A stretch of 64,000 nucleotides of DNA from an uncultured Eubacteriales bacterium (GTDB lineage Bacteria > Bacillota > Clostridia > Oscillospirales > Acutalibacteraceae). A program made the translations under genes and the position numbers. Positions within the stretch are counted from its first letter, which is position 1, and every line of letters begins with the position of its first letter. The stretch lies in assembly GCA_949299505.1 (NCBI GenBank), contig CASGAS010000001.1, forward strand, positions 9,337-73,336, written 5' to 3'. The notes beneath the pieces are model-generated. The model did not search any database. It was not told the DNA's origin and was given only the letters and a program-made list of their open reading frames with translations. Shown here piece after piece: positions 1 through 9,879 of the stretch.

Positions 1-86
1 TTATCGTTTTGCTTATCCCGATTCTGCTGGCGTTTTTGATTGGCTTCATTGTCAACCAGGCCCGCTACGGCCGGTTTATGAAATAA
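1..86 (+). CDS. 3' end of a membrane protein gene truncated by the window edge (product unknown)
   Basis: Open frame entering from the 5' edge and ending at TAA 84-86. The tail is hydrophobic (...IVLLIPILLAFLIGFIVNQARYGRFMK) and a hairpin terminator follows. Confidence 0.35.
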   Translation, partial: IVLLIPILLAFLIGFIVNQARYGRFMK

Positions 87-104
87 CCCGATATGGGCAA
101 AACG

Positions 105-140
105 AACGGGACGCTGTGCAAAACAGCGTCCCGTTTTTTG
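105..140. terminator. Rho-independent terminator between convergent genes
   Basis: 12-bp stem AACGGGACGCTG / CAGCGTCCCGTT with a 7-nt loop, followed by TTTTTT. Confidence 0.65.
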
Positions 141-152
141 TCTGGTTTTCTT

Positions 153-488
153 TCAGAACACAAACTGCACGAGCAGCATATAGCAGACCGTCCCGCCCGC
201 AATGGACAGCAGCATCTGCTTTTTCCAAAGGTGCAGCCCGACGACCACGGCGATGGAGAGAAGCTCCGGAAGCCCGTGCCCGCCCGAAAAAAGGTCGACG
301 TTTCGCAGACAGTAGACGATTAGAAGCCCGAACACCGCCGCGGGCAGGACCTTGGCTAAATATTGCAGGAATTTCGGCGTCGGTTTGCCCGCCGGGAACA
401 GCAGAAACGGCAAAAACCGCGTGAGCGCGGTGCCGAGCACGAATAAGAGAATGGTCGCAAGCTGCTGGGGCAGCGTCATGGCGCTCAT
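153..488 (-). CDS. azlD: Branched-chain amino acid exporter small subunit AzlD
   Basis: ORF 153..653 trimmed to the ATG at 488 ([19 protein letters not shown]...). It is 111 aa, very hydrophobic, and overlaps the end of azlC by 4 nt, which is the typical azlCD arrangement. Confidence 0.8.
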   Translation of the reverse strand: MSAMTLPQQLATILLFVLGTALTRFLPFLLFPAGKPTPKFLQYLAKVLPAAVFGLLIVYCLRNVDLFSGGHGLPELLSIAVVVGLHLWKKQMLLSIAGGTVCYMLLVQFVF

Positions 489-1252
489 ACGTCGCCGCCC
501 CCTTTCGTAAGCGGCCGGCGCAGGAGCGCCAGCGCCAACAAAATGCCGAGCATCGCGGGCAGGATGAACGTGTCGCTGCCGAAAATCAGCAGGCAGACCG
601 CCGAAATGCCAAGCCCCGCAAGGGCGCTTATGTGCTGCTTGTCCTTTTGCCACTGCTCAAGGAAGATGACGACGAACATCGCGGTCATCACGAAATCGAG
701 CCCTTCTGTGTTGAAATGCACAAACGCGCCGAACAGCCCGCCGAGCGTCGCGCCCGTCACCCAGTATATATGGTTGAAGAGCGTGACGAAAAAGTAGAAC
801 CAGCCGCGGTCCGCGTCGGGCGGGATTTTGGCCGTGCAGTTGATGGAAAAGCTTTCATCGCAAAGCCCGAAAATCAGGTACGGCTTTTTTGCGCCCGTCC
901 CCTTGTATTTGTCGAGCATCGCAAGCCCGTAAAACAGGTGCCGCGCGTTGAGCAGCAGGGTGACGGCCAGCGCCTGCAGCGGTGCGAACGCGCCGCAGAG
1001 CATGTCCGCCGCGACAAATTCCGCCGACCCCGCGAAAATGGTCAGGCTCATGAGCAGCGGGTACCAAAACGAAAATCCGTTCGCGCGCATGAGCACCCCG
1101 TAGGTAGCCCCCAAAAACAAAAAGCCCGCGCAGATGGGCAGGGTATAGGGAAAAGCGGCCTTTGCCGCCGTGCGTACAGCCTTTGCTTTCGCTTTGCCCA
1201 AACGCCGCGCCTCCGTTTCCGCTAAAAATATCCGGCCAGAAGTATACCACAC
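485..1252 (-). CDS. azlC: Branched-chain amino acid exporter AzlC family protein
   Basis: ORF 485..1378 encodes an AzlC-like polytopic protein ([32 protein letters not shown]). The N-terminal about 40 aa of the maximal ORF look non-protein-like. I propose a GTG start at 1252, but the start is uncertain and could lie as far out as 1378. Confidence 0.75.
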   Translation of the reverse strand: MWYTSGRIFLAETEARRLGKAKAKAVRTAAKAAFPYTLPICAGFLFLGATYGVLMRANGFSFWYPLLMSLTIFAGSAEFVAADMLCGAFAPLQALAVTLLLNARHLFYGLAMLDKYKGTGAKKPYLIFGLCDESFSINCTAKIPPDADRGWFYFFVTLFNHIYWVTGATLGGLFGAFVHFNTEGLDFVMTAMFVVIFLEQWQKDKQHISALAGLGISAVCLLIFGSDTFILPAMLGILLALALLRRPLTKGGGDV

Positions 1253-1311
1253 GCCGCGCCGGCGCGCAAGCGTCCCTGTACAGAAAACGCGGAATTTCTG
1301 CGGGAATTCCG

Positions 1312-1340
1312 TTGACTTTTCCCAAAAAACAAGGTATGCT
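1312..1340 (+). promoter_or_regulatory. Sigma-A type promoter for rmuC
   Basis: TTGACT, a 17-nt spacer, then TATGCT, about 135 nt upstream of the rmuC ATG. Confidence 0.45.
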
Positions 1341-1476
1341 GAGGAAAGACCGAAATGCGGGCGGCGCGCCGCCGGCAAAGGCCGCCGGCAAAGAAGATAC
1401 GACGGAATTTGAACAGGCTTCGCCGCGGGGCTTTTCGATAGGCTTGCAAAACGGCGAAGCGGAAAAGGGGAACCGT

Positions 1477-2784
1477 ATGGAAATGCTGATTTTGGCGCTT
1501 GCCGCCGTGGCGGTGGCGCTGTTGCTTGCCATTTTGGCCGTCAGCCTGCGCACGGCGAAGCAGACGCGGTCCGACGCGGCCGCAGCCGCACAGCAGGCGC
1601 TTGCCGCCCGGCTTGAGGAGCTGCGCAAAACCACGGCGGACGCGTTTGCCCAAAACCGGATGGAGCGTGCCGACGAGACGGAGCGGATGCAGAAAAAGCT
1701 CGACGACATGACGCGCGCCACGCTCGAGCAGCGCATCACGTTGGGCGAGACGGTCACGAAATCGCTGGGCGATATACGCGACCGCCTGCTTTTGCAGGGG
1801 GAAAAGCAGACGAAGTCTGTGGAAGAGGCCGTAACGAAAATGCAGCAGAGCAACGAAAAAAAGCTCGATGCAATGCGCAGCACGGTCGACGAAAAGCTGA
1901 CCTCCACGCTGACAACGCGCCTGAATTCCTCTTTTAAGACCGTGTCCGAACAGCTGGAAAACCTGTATAAATCCCTGGGCGAGATGAAGGAGCTTTCCGC
2001 CGGCGTCACCGACAACGTCGGCGCGCTCAACCGGGTGCTGACGAACGTCAAGGCGCGCGGCACCTGGGCGGAGGTACAGCTTGAAAACATCCTCGACCAG
2101 ACCATTCCGCATATGTACGACAAAAACGTCGCCACCGGGGAAAAGGACAGCGAGCGCGTGGAGTTTGCGATTCGCATTCCCGCCGCGGACGACCCCTCCC
2201 GCATAACATACCTGCCGGTGGACTCGAAGTTCCCCATGGAGGACTACGTCCGGCTGTGCGCGGCCGCGGACGCGGCGGACCAGGAGGCGCTCAAGGCCGC
2301 GCGCAAGGCGCTGGAAACGCGGGTGCTGGGCGAAGCGAAGACCATCAAAAAATACATCCGCGTCCCCAACACCACGCCGTTTGCCATTATGTACCTGGCG
2401 ACCGAGGGCTTGTATGCTGAGATTGCGTCGTCGCAGTCCGGGCTTTTGGAGCGCATCCAGACCGAGTACAACGTCATGGTTGCGGGGCCGTCCACCATCA
2501 CGGCGCTGCTCAACTCCCTGGCAATGGGCTTTAAGACCGTCGCCATCAACGAAAAGGCAAATGAGGTGCGCGAGCTTTTGGGCGCGGCCAAGACGCAGTA
2601 CGCCACATTCGGCGCGATGCTGGCAGCCGCGCAGAAAAAGATAGAGGAGGCCGGCAAAACGCTCGGCAAAGCGCAGAGACGCAATGAGATTATCCAAAAA
2701 CAGCTTAAGAAGGTAGAAGCCGTCGACGCGGCCGTTGCGGACGGGCTGCTGGAGCTTTCCGACGAGGAAATGCCGGAGGAGTAA
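1477..2784 (+). CDS. rmuC: DNA recombination protein RmuC
   Basis: ORF 1162..2784 trimmed to the ATG at 1477 (MEMLILALAAVAVALLLAIL), preceded by AAAGGGGA. The protein has an N-terminal TM helix, a long coiled coil, and the RmuC C-terminal nuclease-like domain (FAIMYLATEGLYAE, YNVMVAGPSTITALL). Confidence 0.85.
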   Translation: MEMLILALAAVAVALLLAILAVSLRTAKQTRSDAAAAAQQALAARLEELRKTTADAFAQNRMERADETERMQKKLDDMTRATLEQRITLGETVTKSLGDIRDRLLLQGEKQTKSVEEAVTKMQQSNEKKLDAMRSTVDEKLTSTLTTRLNSSFKTVSEQLENLYKSLGEMKELSAGVTDNVGALNRVLTNVKARGTWAEVQLENILDQTIPHMYDKNVATGEKDSERVEFAIRIPAADDPSRITYLPVDSKFPMEDYVRLCAAADAADQEALKAARKALETRVLGEAKTIKKYIRVPNTTPFAIMYLATEGLYAEIASSQSGLLERIQTEYNVMVAGPSTITALLNSLAMGFKTVAINEKANEVRELLGAAKTQYATFGAMLAAAQKKIEEAGKTLGKAQRRNEIIQKQLKKVEAVDAAVADGLLELSDEEMPEE

Positions 2785-2828
2785 GACGAAAAACCGGGGC
2801 GCAGGAGGGGAAAATACGGAGGGACCCT

Positions 2829-4868
2829 ATGAAAGAAAAGCTTGCGCGCTTCGCCGCCCTTTGTAAGGAAAAGGCCTGCAACCTGCGGCGGTACTGGAAA
2901 ACGCCGCCGGAAAAAAAGTATGTGTCCTACCGCGAAATCGCCGCGTATTCCGTCGGCGGCGCGGGCGTGTACTTTATTGTGACGATGGTGGGCCTTATCG
3001 TCTTAAACGCGGGCAGCATGATTGTCGGCGCGTCCATCGGCATTACGGCGCTCGATTTGCAGACGATGAACGTCGCGGCGACGTTAGTGGGCCTTGTTTT
3101 TGCGCCCATGCGCGCCATGCTGTTTGACAACACGCGCAGCTCGATGGGCAAATTTCGGCCGTATCTTTTGTCTATGGGCCTGCCGACGGCGTTTTTGGGC
3201 ACGCTGCTTGTGTATTTGCCGTACGAGAGCATGAGCTACCGGGACAAGGCGATTTCCGTCTTTGTGGTGTACACGCTGCTGCAGATTTTTTCGCCGTTCT
3301 ATTCGGCGGCGTACGCGGGGCTTGTGCAGGTTATGTCGCCGAACTCCTCGGAGCGCGCGTGGATTATTGAGGTCAGCTCCATCATTTATTCCGCCGCGCC
3401 GACCATTATCAACCCCGTCCTGCCGCTCATCGGCCCGCTCGACGACCTGCGCACCTACCGCATCGCTTTTCCGGTGTTCTGCCTTTTGGGCGTGGCGGTC
3501 AGCATGCTGTGTGTGTTCGGCACGCGCGAACGCATTATCGTGCCCAAGCGCTACGTCCCGCGCGTCGGCTTCTGGGAGGGCTTCAAAAAGGTCTCGCACA
3601 ACAAATATTTCTGGATTATCAACCTGTCGACCTGGCTCAATTTCTTAGCAGGGGGCTACGGGTACTTGTTCCAGTGGATTTTCTACTACGGCATGAACAA
3701 CGCCGGCCTTTACTCGCTGATGGTCGTCATCCGCGGGGAGGCCGCGACGCCGGGCATGCTTCTCGGCGCGCCGCTTGCAAACAAGCTCGGCAAACGGCGC
3801 ATCTGCCTTTTGTCCATGGCGGCGCAGGTTGTGTGCCTGGTTTTGATGCTGGTGTGCTACAAGAGCTATATCCTGGTCTTTATCATGATTTACTTAAAGG
3901 ATATGTTTTCGGCGCTGTCCATCATTTACCTGCCGGCGATGAAGGCCGACGTTATGGAGTACCAGCAGTATAAGACCGGCGACCGGCTCGAGGGCTTTAT
4001 CGAGCAGAGCGGCGTGCTTTTGGGCAACGCCATTGCCCTGGTCACCGGCTACGCGATTCCACTTATCTTACAGCGCTACGGCCTGACAAACAACTACGAG
4101 GACCTGTTCAACGCGGAGTTCCGCAACCCCATCGTTTACGCCATGATTGCCGCGGCGATTGCCGGCACGGTGCTGTCGCTGCTTCCGTTTTTGTTCTACG
4201 ACCTGTCCGAAGAAAAGCGGCAGAATATGATTCGGGTGTTAAAAATCCGCGCGCTGTTTACGGACGACCGAAACGGCGAGCTGTCCGACGAGGCGCTTTG
4301 CGACACGGTTGAGGAGGTCTACGCCGCCTACGCCGCGCAAAAGGAGACGGCGGGCAAGACGGACAAGGCTTCCGCGGCGAAACGCGAAGCGGCTCAGATG
4401 ACAATTGCGGAGCTCGAAAAATTTTCGACCGACGAAATGCGCGAGCGGGTCGCCCGGGCGCAGCGCCTGGTTGAAGCGGGGCTTGCCGGGCTGCGGCAAT
4501 TTGACCGCCGGCTTTTGACGGACGCCTGCGCCATGCCGCGGGACACGAAGGAACAGCGCCGCGCGCGCAAGACGGCCGTGCTGGAGGCCCGCGCGCTGCA
4601 AAAGAGCGCCGCGCTGCTGCAAAAACGGTTCCCCGAGGGGGCGGTCGTGCCCACCGAGGCGGACGTGGAGAAAGCCTATGCGCTGCCGGAGACCACGCGC
4701 GCCGAGCGCCGCGCAAAACGCCGCGCAAGAAGCGCCGCCGAACGCGCGATGCACCGTCTGACGGTCGCCGCGGCGCCGTATATGGCGGCGAAAAAGCTTT
4801 TGGAGGAACGCGACGCGTACAGCCGCTGGCCGGAGCTTGAGGCGCGTTACCGGCAGCTGAAAGCGTAA
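2829..4868 (+). CDS. Glycoside-pentoside-hexuronide (GPH):cation symporter family transporter with a long charged C-terminal tail
   Basis: RBS GGAGGG precedes the ATG at 2829. There are about 12 TM segments and an N-terminus typical of MelB/GPH-like transporters (VSYREIAAYSVGGAGVYF). The last about 210 aa are non-membrane and rich in Ala, Arg and Glu. A GH3 glycosidase gene follows. Confidence 0.8.
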   Translation: MKEKLARFAALCKEKACNLRRYWKTPPEKKYVSYREIAAYSVGGAGVYFIVTMVGLIVLNAGSMIVGASIGITALDLQTMNVAATLVGLVFAPMRAMLFDNTRSSMGKFRPYLLSMGLPTAFLGTLLVYLPYESMSYRDKAISVFVVYTLLQIFSPFYSAAYAGLVQVMSPNSSERAWIIEVSSIIYSAAPTIINPVLPLIGPLDDLRTYRIAFPVFCLLGVAVSMLCVFGTRERIIVPKRYVPRVGFWEGFKKVSHNKYFWIINLSTWLNFLAGGYGYLFQWIFYYGMNNAGLYSLMVVIRGEAATPGMLLGAPLANKLGKRRICLLSMAAQVVCLVLMLVCYKSYILVFIMIYLKDMFSALSIIYLPAMKADVMEYQQYKTGDRLEGFIEQSGVLLGNAIALVTGYAIPLILQRYGLTNNYEDLFNAEFRNPIVYAMIAAAIAGTVLSLLPFLFYDLSEEKRQNMIRVLKIRALFTDDRNGELSDEALCDTVEEVYAAYAAQKETAGKTDKASAAKREAAQMTIAELEKFSTDEMRERVARAQRLVEAGLAGLRQFDRRLLTDACAMPRDTKEQRRARKTAVLEARALQKSAALLQKRFPEGAVVPTEADVEKAYALPETTRAERRAKRRARSAAERAMHRLTVAAAPYMAAKKLLEERDAYSRWPELEARYRQLKA

Positions 4869-4888
4869 CCGCCGCGCGCGGAAAACGC

Positions 4889-4928
4889 TTGCATATTTTC
4901 GGCGTTTGGTTTATGCTATGGATAGCAT
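4889..4928 (+). promoter_or_regulatory. Promoter with overlapping 16-bp palindrome upstream of the GH3 gene
   Basis: TTGCAT (4889-4894), 17 nt, TATGCT (4912-4917). The perfect palindrome ATGCTATGGATAGCAT at 4913-4928 overlaps the -10 element. Confidence 0.4.
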
Positions 4929-4973
4929 GCTTTGATATAAGGGAAACGCAAAATCTGCATGGGAGGAAAATCT

Positions 4974-7406
4974 ATGAAGCACCCGGATATTGTATCCAAA
5001 ATGACGCTGGAGGAAAAGGTCAGCCTTTGCTCCGGCAAGGACTACTGGCACACGGCGGATGTGCCGTCGGCGGGCGTACCGTCTATTATGATGACCGACG
5101 GCCCGCACGGAATCCGTAAGCGCGTGGAGGAAAAGACCAGCAAGGAGGAAAAGCTGTCCTTAAAGGGCGTGCCCGCGATTTGCTACCCGACGGCGGCGGC
5201 GACCTCCTGCTCGTGGGACACCGACCTTATCTATAAAATGGGCGAGGCTCTGGGCGAGGAATGCTTGAAGGAAAAGGTTTCGGTTCTGCTCGGGCCCGGG
5301 ACGAACATCAAGCGTTCGCCGCTGTGCGGGCGCAACTTCGAGTATTTCTCGGAGGACCCGGTTTTGGCGGGCGAAATGGCGGCGGCGTTTATTAACGGCG
5401 TGCAGAGCAAGGGGATTGGAACCTCCATTAAGCATTTCGCCGCGAACAACCAGGAAACGCGCCGCATGACGGTCAACACCGTCGTCGACGAGCGTACGCT
5501 GCGGGAAATTTACTTAGCGCCGTTTGAGACTGCGGTCAAAAAAGCGCAGCCGTGGACCATTATGGCGGCCTACAACCGCTTAAACGGCACCTATTGCGCG
5601 GAAAACAAGTGGCTTCTGACGGACGTCCTGCGCGACGAGTGGGGCTTTAAGGGCATTGTGGAAACCGACTGGGGCGCGGAAAACGACCGTGTCGCGGGGC
5701 TGCTTGCCGGGCAGGAGCTGGAAATGCCCTCCTCGGACGGCATGGGCAACGCGCGCATTTTGGAGGCGGTCAAGCAGGGCGTCATTGACGAAAGCTTCTT
5801 AGACGAGATGGTCGACCGCCTGGTGGACCTTGCGCTCAAATCGCAGGAGGCGCTCGGCGACCATACCTACGACGCAAAAGCGCACCACGCCTTTGCACGC
5901 GAGATTGCGGGGCAGTGCATGGTGCTTCTCAAAAACGACAACGACCTGCTGCCGCTTAAAAAGGACGCGAAAATCACCGTTATCGGCGAAATGGCGAAAA
6001 AGCCGCGCTACCAGGGCGCCGGTTCGTCGCTTATTAATCCCATTCAGCTCGATTCCGCCTTTGAGACGCTTGTACAGATGGGCGTTTCGTTCCAGTACGC
6101 GCCGGGCTATTCAACGGCGAAAAAGAACCGCACCTCCGACGACGATTTCGTCGCCGAAGCGGTTGCAAAGGCCAAGGGCGCGGACACGGTTCTGCTCTTT
6201 ATCGGCCTGACCGATGAATTCGAGACCGAGGGCTGCGACCGCCGCCACATGCACCTGCCGCCGCTGCACGACCGCCTGGTCAACGAGGTGCTCAAGGTCA
6301 ACAAGAACGTCGTCGTGGTGCTTGCGGGCGGTTCGGCGGTCGAGCTGCCGTGGGCGGACGACGTCCCGGCGATTCTTCACACGTTCCTGTGCGGCCAGAC
6401 CACGGGCAGCGCGGTCTGCGACGTGCTGTTCGGCGACGTGAACCCGTCGGGCAAGCTGTCCGAGACCTACCCGTACGCGCTTGCCGACAATTCGAGCGCC
6501 AACTACTTCCCCGGCACGCCGGTTTCGGTGGAATACCGTGAAAGCGTCTATGTCGGCTACCGGTATTATGACACCGCCGAAAAGAAGGTCCGCTTCCCGT
6601 TCGGCTACGGCCTTTCCTACACGACGTTCGAGTACAGCGATTTGAAGCTGAGCGCCGACAAGATGGACGACACGGACACGCTGACGGTGACCTGCAAGAT
6701 TAAAAACACCGGCAAGCGCGACGGCGCGGAGGTCGTCGAGCTGTATGTGCGCGACGAGGAAAGCACCATTTTCCGCCCGCAGAAGGAGCTCAAGGCGTTT
6801 TGCAAGGTGTTCTTAAAGGCCGGCGAGGAAAAGGAAGTCGCCATGACGCTTGACAAGCGTGCGTTTGCGTACTATAACGTCAACCTCCACGACTGGCACG
6901 TCGAGACCGGCGCATTTCAGATTCTCGTCGGCGCTTCGAGCCGCGACATCCGCCTGACCGGCGAGGTGCAGGTGCGCTCGACCGTGGAGGCCGAAATTCC
7001 GGATTACCGCGAGAGCGCCCCGCTCTACTATGGCGCGGACATCATGCATGTGCCGGACGAACAGTTTGTTTCGGTGCTTGGGCACGAGCTGCCGCCCAAC
7101 GCGCGCGACAAATCCAAGCCGCTGACGTTCAGCAACACCATTGAGGACGCGGCGGACGGCAAATGGGGCGGACGCTTCAATCGGCTGTTCAAAAAGATGC
7201 TCGGTGAGGACACGCTTGCCGGCGCCATTGCGCTGCAGCTGCCGATGAAGAATCTGGTTTCCATGAGCTTCGGCCTGTTCAGCGAGGATATGGCGGAGGG
7301 CCTTTTGGTGATTCTCAATGAGGATAAGTTCGCCAAGGGCATGGGCAAAATTCTCAAGGGCGTGCCGCACACGCTCGCAAACCTCGGCAAGCTCAAGGGC
7401 ATTTGA
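4974..7406 (+). CDS. Glycoside hydrolase family 3 beta-glucosidase
   Basis: ATG at 4974 follows GGGAGG. GH3 hallmarks are present (GPHGIRK, KHFAANNQE, GFKGIVETDWGA), along with a C-terminal beta-sandwich/FnIII-like region. Confidence 0.9.
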   Translation: MKHPDIVSKMTLEEKVSLCSGKDYWHTADVPSAGVPSIMMTDGPHGIRKRVEEKTSKEEKLSLKGVPAICYPTAAATSCSWDTDLIYKMGEALGEECLKEKVSVLLGPGTNIKRSPLCGRNFEYFSEDPVLAGEMAAAFINGVQSKGIGTSIKHFAANNQETRRMTVNTVVDERTLREIYLAPFETAVKKAQPWTIMAAYNRLNGTYCAENKWLLTDVLRDEWGFKGIVETDWGAENDRVAGLLAGQELEMPSSDGMGNARILEAVKQGVIDESFLDEMVDRLVDLALKSQEALGDHTYDAKAHHAFAREIAGQCMVLLKNDNDLLPLKKDAKITVIGEMAKKPRYQGAGSSLINPIQLDSAFETLVQMGVSFQYAPGYSTAKKNRTSDDDFVAEAVAKAKGADTVLLFIGLTDEFETEGCDRRHMHLPPLHDRLVNEVLKVNKNVVVVLAGGSAVELPWADDVPAILHTFLCGQTTGSAVCDVLFGDVNPSGKLSETYPYALADNSSANYFPGTPVSVEYRESVYVGYRYYDTAEKKVRFPFGYGLSYTTFEYSDLKLSADKMDDTDTLTVTCKIKNTGKRDGAEVVELYVRDEESTIFRPQKELKAFCKVFLKAGEEKEVAMTLDKRAFAYYNVNLHDWHVETGAFQILVGASSRDIRLTGEVQVRSTVEAEIPDYRESAPLYYGADIMHVPDEQFVSVLGHELPPNARDKSKPLTFSNTIEDAADGKWGGRFNRLFKKMLGEDTLAGAIALQLPMKNLVSMSFGLFSEDMAEGLLVILNEDKFAKGMGKILKGVPHTLANLGKLKGI

Positions 7407-7430
7407 CGCCGACTGCCGAAACAGGACGCA

Positions 7431-7477
7431 AAAATCCCCGCGCACCGCATCTTGCGGCGGGCGGGGATTTTCTTTTG
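7431..7477. terminator. Bidirectional Rho-independent terminator (GH3 gene / pflB)
   Basis: Stem AATCCCCGC ... GCGGGGATT flanked by an A-run and a T-run, lying between convergent genes. Confidence 0.7.
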
Positions 7478-7492
7478 TGTTGCGTCCGGCTC

Positions 7493-9724
7493 TTACATCG
7501 TGCTGTGGAACGTGCGCAGAATGACCTCGCGCTGCTGCTCCTTGGAAAGCTTGTGGAAGTTGACCGCATAGCCCGACACGCGGATGGTCAGGTTCGGGTA
7601 CTTCGTCGGGTCGTTGTACGCCTCCTCCAGCATTTCGCGGTTGAGGACGTTGACGTTGATGTGGTGCGCGCGCTGCTTGAAATAGCCGTCCAGCACGCTG
7701 ACCAGGTTCGCCGCGCGTTCGCCGTCCGTTTTGCCCAGCGCCTGCGGGATGATGGAAAAGGTGTTGGAAATGCCGTCGCGGCACGCGTCGTAGGGCATTT
7801 TCGCCACGGAGTTGAGGGACGCAAGCGCGCCGTTCTTCTCCCGGTTGTGCATCGGGTTCGCGCCCGGCGCAAAGGGCTCGCCCTTTTTGCGGCCGTCGGG
7901 CGTCGCGCCGGTCTTTTTGCCGTACACGACGTTCGAGGTAATGGTCAGCGCCGACAGCGTGTGGATGGCGCCGCGGTACGTCGGGGTCTTGCGAAGCTCC
8001 CCGATGGTGTCCTCCAGCAGCTTTTTCGCAATGGAATCCACGCGGTCGTCGTCGTTGCCGTAGGTCGGGAAGCCGCCCTCGGTCTCAAAGTCCACGATAT
8101 AGCCGTTTTCGTCGCGCACCGGGTGGACCTTGGCATAGCGGATGGCCGAAAGGCTGTCCGCCGCGACGGAAAGCCCCGCCACGCCGAACGCCATGAAGCG
8201 CGTAACCTCGGTGTCGTGCAGCGCCATCTGAATCTTTTCGTAGGCGTATTTGTCGTGCATGTAGTGGATGACGTTCATCGTGTTGACATACAGCCGGCAC
8301 AGCCAGGAAAGATAGGCGGAAAACCGCCCCGCGACCTCGCCGAAGTCGAGCGTGTCGCCCGCAAGCGGCGCCATCTGCGGGCCGATTTTCTGGCCGTATA
8401 CGTTGTCATAGCCGCCGTTGATGGCAATCAGCAGCAGCTTCGCCAGGTTGCAGCGCGCGCCGAAGAACTGCATCTGCTTGCCGACCTGCATGGCGGAAAC
8501 GCAGCAGGCAATGGCGTAGTCATCGCCGTAAATCGGGCGCATGACGTCGTCGTTTTCGTACTGAATGGCGTCGGTGTCCACCGAAATGCGCGCGCAGAAC
8601 GTCTTAAAGGCGGCGGGCAGCTTTTCCGACCACAGCACCGTCAGGTTCGGCTCGGGCGCGGGGCCGAGGTTATACAGGGTGTTGAGCACCCGATAGGAAT
8701 TTTTCGTGACCAGCGTCCGCCCGTCTTCTCCCATGCCGCCGACGCTTTCCGTAATCCACATCGGGTCGCCGCCGAACAGCTCGTTGTATTCGGGTGTGCG
8801 CAGGTGCCGCGCCATGCGCAGCTTTAAGACGAAATCGTCCATCAGCTCCTGCGCGCCGCTTTCGGTGAGCGTGCCGTTTTGCAGGTCGCGCTCGATATAA
8901 ATGTCTAAGAAGGTGGACGTGCGCCCCAGGGACATCGCCGCGCCGTTTTGCTCCTTGATGGCGGCAAGATAGCCGAAGTAGAGCCATTGCACGGCCTCGC
9001 GCGCGTTTTGGGCGGGCGCGCTGATGTCGCAGCCGTAGAGCTTGGCCATCTCTTTGAGCAGCTCCAGGAAGTGGATTTGCTGGTAAAGCTCCTCGCTTTG
9101 GCGGATGGCGTCGACGTCCATGTTGCCAAAGCCGATTTCGCGCTTGTCCTTTTTCTTCTCTTCAATCAGCACGTCCACGCCGTACAGCGCCACGCGGCGG
9201 TAGTCGCCGATGATGCGGCCGCGCCCGTAGGCGTCGGGCAGCCCCGTCAACAGGCCGATGTGCCGCGCCGCGCGCATTTCGTCGGTATACACGCGGAACA
9301 CGCCGTCGTTGTGGGTGGTTTTGAAGCTGAAAATTTCCTCTAAGTCGTCCGACAGCTTGTAGCCGTAGGCAGCGGCCGCGCTGCGCGCCATGCGCATCCC
9401 GCCGAACGGGTTGACCCCGCGGCGCAGCGGCGCGTCAGTCTGCAGGCCGACAATCAGCTCGTTTTCCTTGTCGATATAGCCCGGGCCATAGGTCACAAGC
9501 GACGAGACGTGCTCGGTGTCCACGTCCAGCACGCCGCCCTTTTCGCGCTCTTTGCGCTGCAGGTCGGCGCATTTTGCGGCGACGGCCTTTGTGCGCGCGG
9601 TCGGGCCCGCCAAAAACGCGCCGTCGCCCGTGTAGGGGGCGTAGTTTTTCTGAATGAAATCGCGCACCGCGATTTTTTCGCTCCATTCGCCGCGAACGAA
9701 GCCTTCCCACTGTTTGAAATCCAT
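7493..9724 (-). CDS. pflB: Pyruvate formate-lyase (formate C-acetyltransferase)
   Basis: Active-site IACCVSAM, glycyl-radical motif RVSGYAVNF, and C-terminus ...ILRTFHSTM. Trimmed to the ATG at 9724 (MDFKQWEGF), which is preceded by GGGGAG. Confidence 0.95.
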   Translation of the reverse strand: MDFKQWEGFVRGEWSEKIAVRDFIQKNYAPYTGDGAFLAGPTARTKAVAAKCADLQRKEREKGGVLDVDTEHVSSLVTYGPGYIDKENELIVGLQTDAPLRRGVNPFGGMRMARSAAAAYGYKLSDDLEEIFSFKTTHNDGVFRVYTDEMRAARHIGLLTGLPDAYGRGRIIGDYRRVALYGVDVLIEEKKKDKREIGFGNMDVDAIRQSEELYQQIHFLELLKEMAKLYGCDISAPAQNAREAVQWLYFGYLAAIKEQNGAAMSLGRTSTFLDIYIERDLQNGTLTESGAQELMDDFVLKLRMARHLRTPEYNELFGGDPMWITESVGGMGEDGRTLVTKNSYRVLNTLYNLGPAPEPNLTVLWSEKLPAAFKTFCARISVDTDAIQYENDDVMRPIYGDDYAIACCVSAMQVGKQMQFFGARCNLAKLLLIAINGGYDNVYGQKIGPQMAPLAGDTLDFGEVAGRFSAYLSWLCRLYVNTMNVIHYMHDKYAYEKIQMALHDTEVTRFMAFGVAGLSVAADSLSAIRYAKVHPVRDENGYIVDFETEGGFPTYGNDDDRVDSIAKKLLEDTIGELRKTPTYRGAIHTLSALTITSNVVYGKKTGATPDGRKKGEPFAPGANPMHNREKNGALASLNSVAKMPYDACRDGISNTFSIIPQALGKTDGERAANLVSVLDGYFKQRAHHINVNVLNREMLEEAYNDPTKYPNLTIRVSGYAVNFHKLSKEQQREVILRTFHSTM

Positions 9725-9751
9725 GCCTGTCACTCCCCGTGAAGATTCCTG

Positions 9752-9868
9752 CAAAACAAAAGGGCGACCCTGCGTTTTGCAAGATCGCCCAGACGGTCGG
9801 CCAATATTCGGCAGCGTGTTCCACCGCAGTTTGTCTGCGCTTTCCCGTCAGTCGCACGCGCCGTTTCC
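9752..9868 (-). promoter_or_regulatory. ZTP riboswitch (pfl motif) with intrinsic terminator expression platform
   Basis: The minus-strand RNA reads GCGUGCGACUGACGGGAAAGCGCAGACAAACUGCGGUGGAACACGC, then a linker, then GCCGAAUAUUGGCCGACCGUCUGGGCG. This matches the conserved ACUGGCG / GGUGGA / CCGCCUGGGC cores. GACG pairs with CGUC in place of GGCG with CGCC, which is a compensatory change in the pseudoknot. The terminator is GGGCGAUC-N13-GGUCGCCC followed by UUUUGUUUU, and it shares the 3' aptamer strand. Confidence 0.8.
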
Positions 9869-9879
9869 TTTGTGCTTTC

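Noticed and set aside
1368-1393. A tandem 13-bp direct repeat (GCCGCCGGCAAAG, two copies) in the rmuC leader.
   Set aside because: There are only two copies, the sequence is GC-rich and simple, and I could tie no structural or regulatory pattern to it. It is probably slippage-type duplication.
855-2697. Long minus-strand ORFs (855..2237 and 1222..2697) overlapping rmuC.
   Set aside because: They are antisense shadows of the well-supported rmuC frame. Their compositions are Ser/Arg/Ala-rich and no family motifs are present.
7403-8827. A 474-aa plus-strand ORF antisense to pflB.
   Set aside because: pflB on the minus strand is unambiguous, and the plus-strand translation is a low-complexity Arg/Val/Ala-rich sequence.
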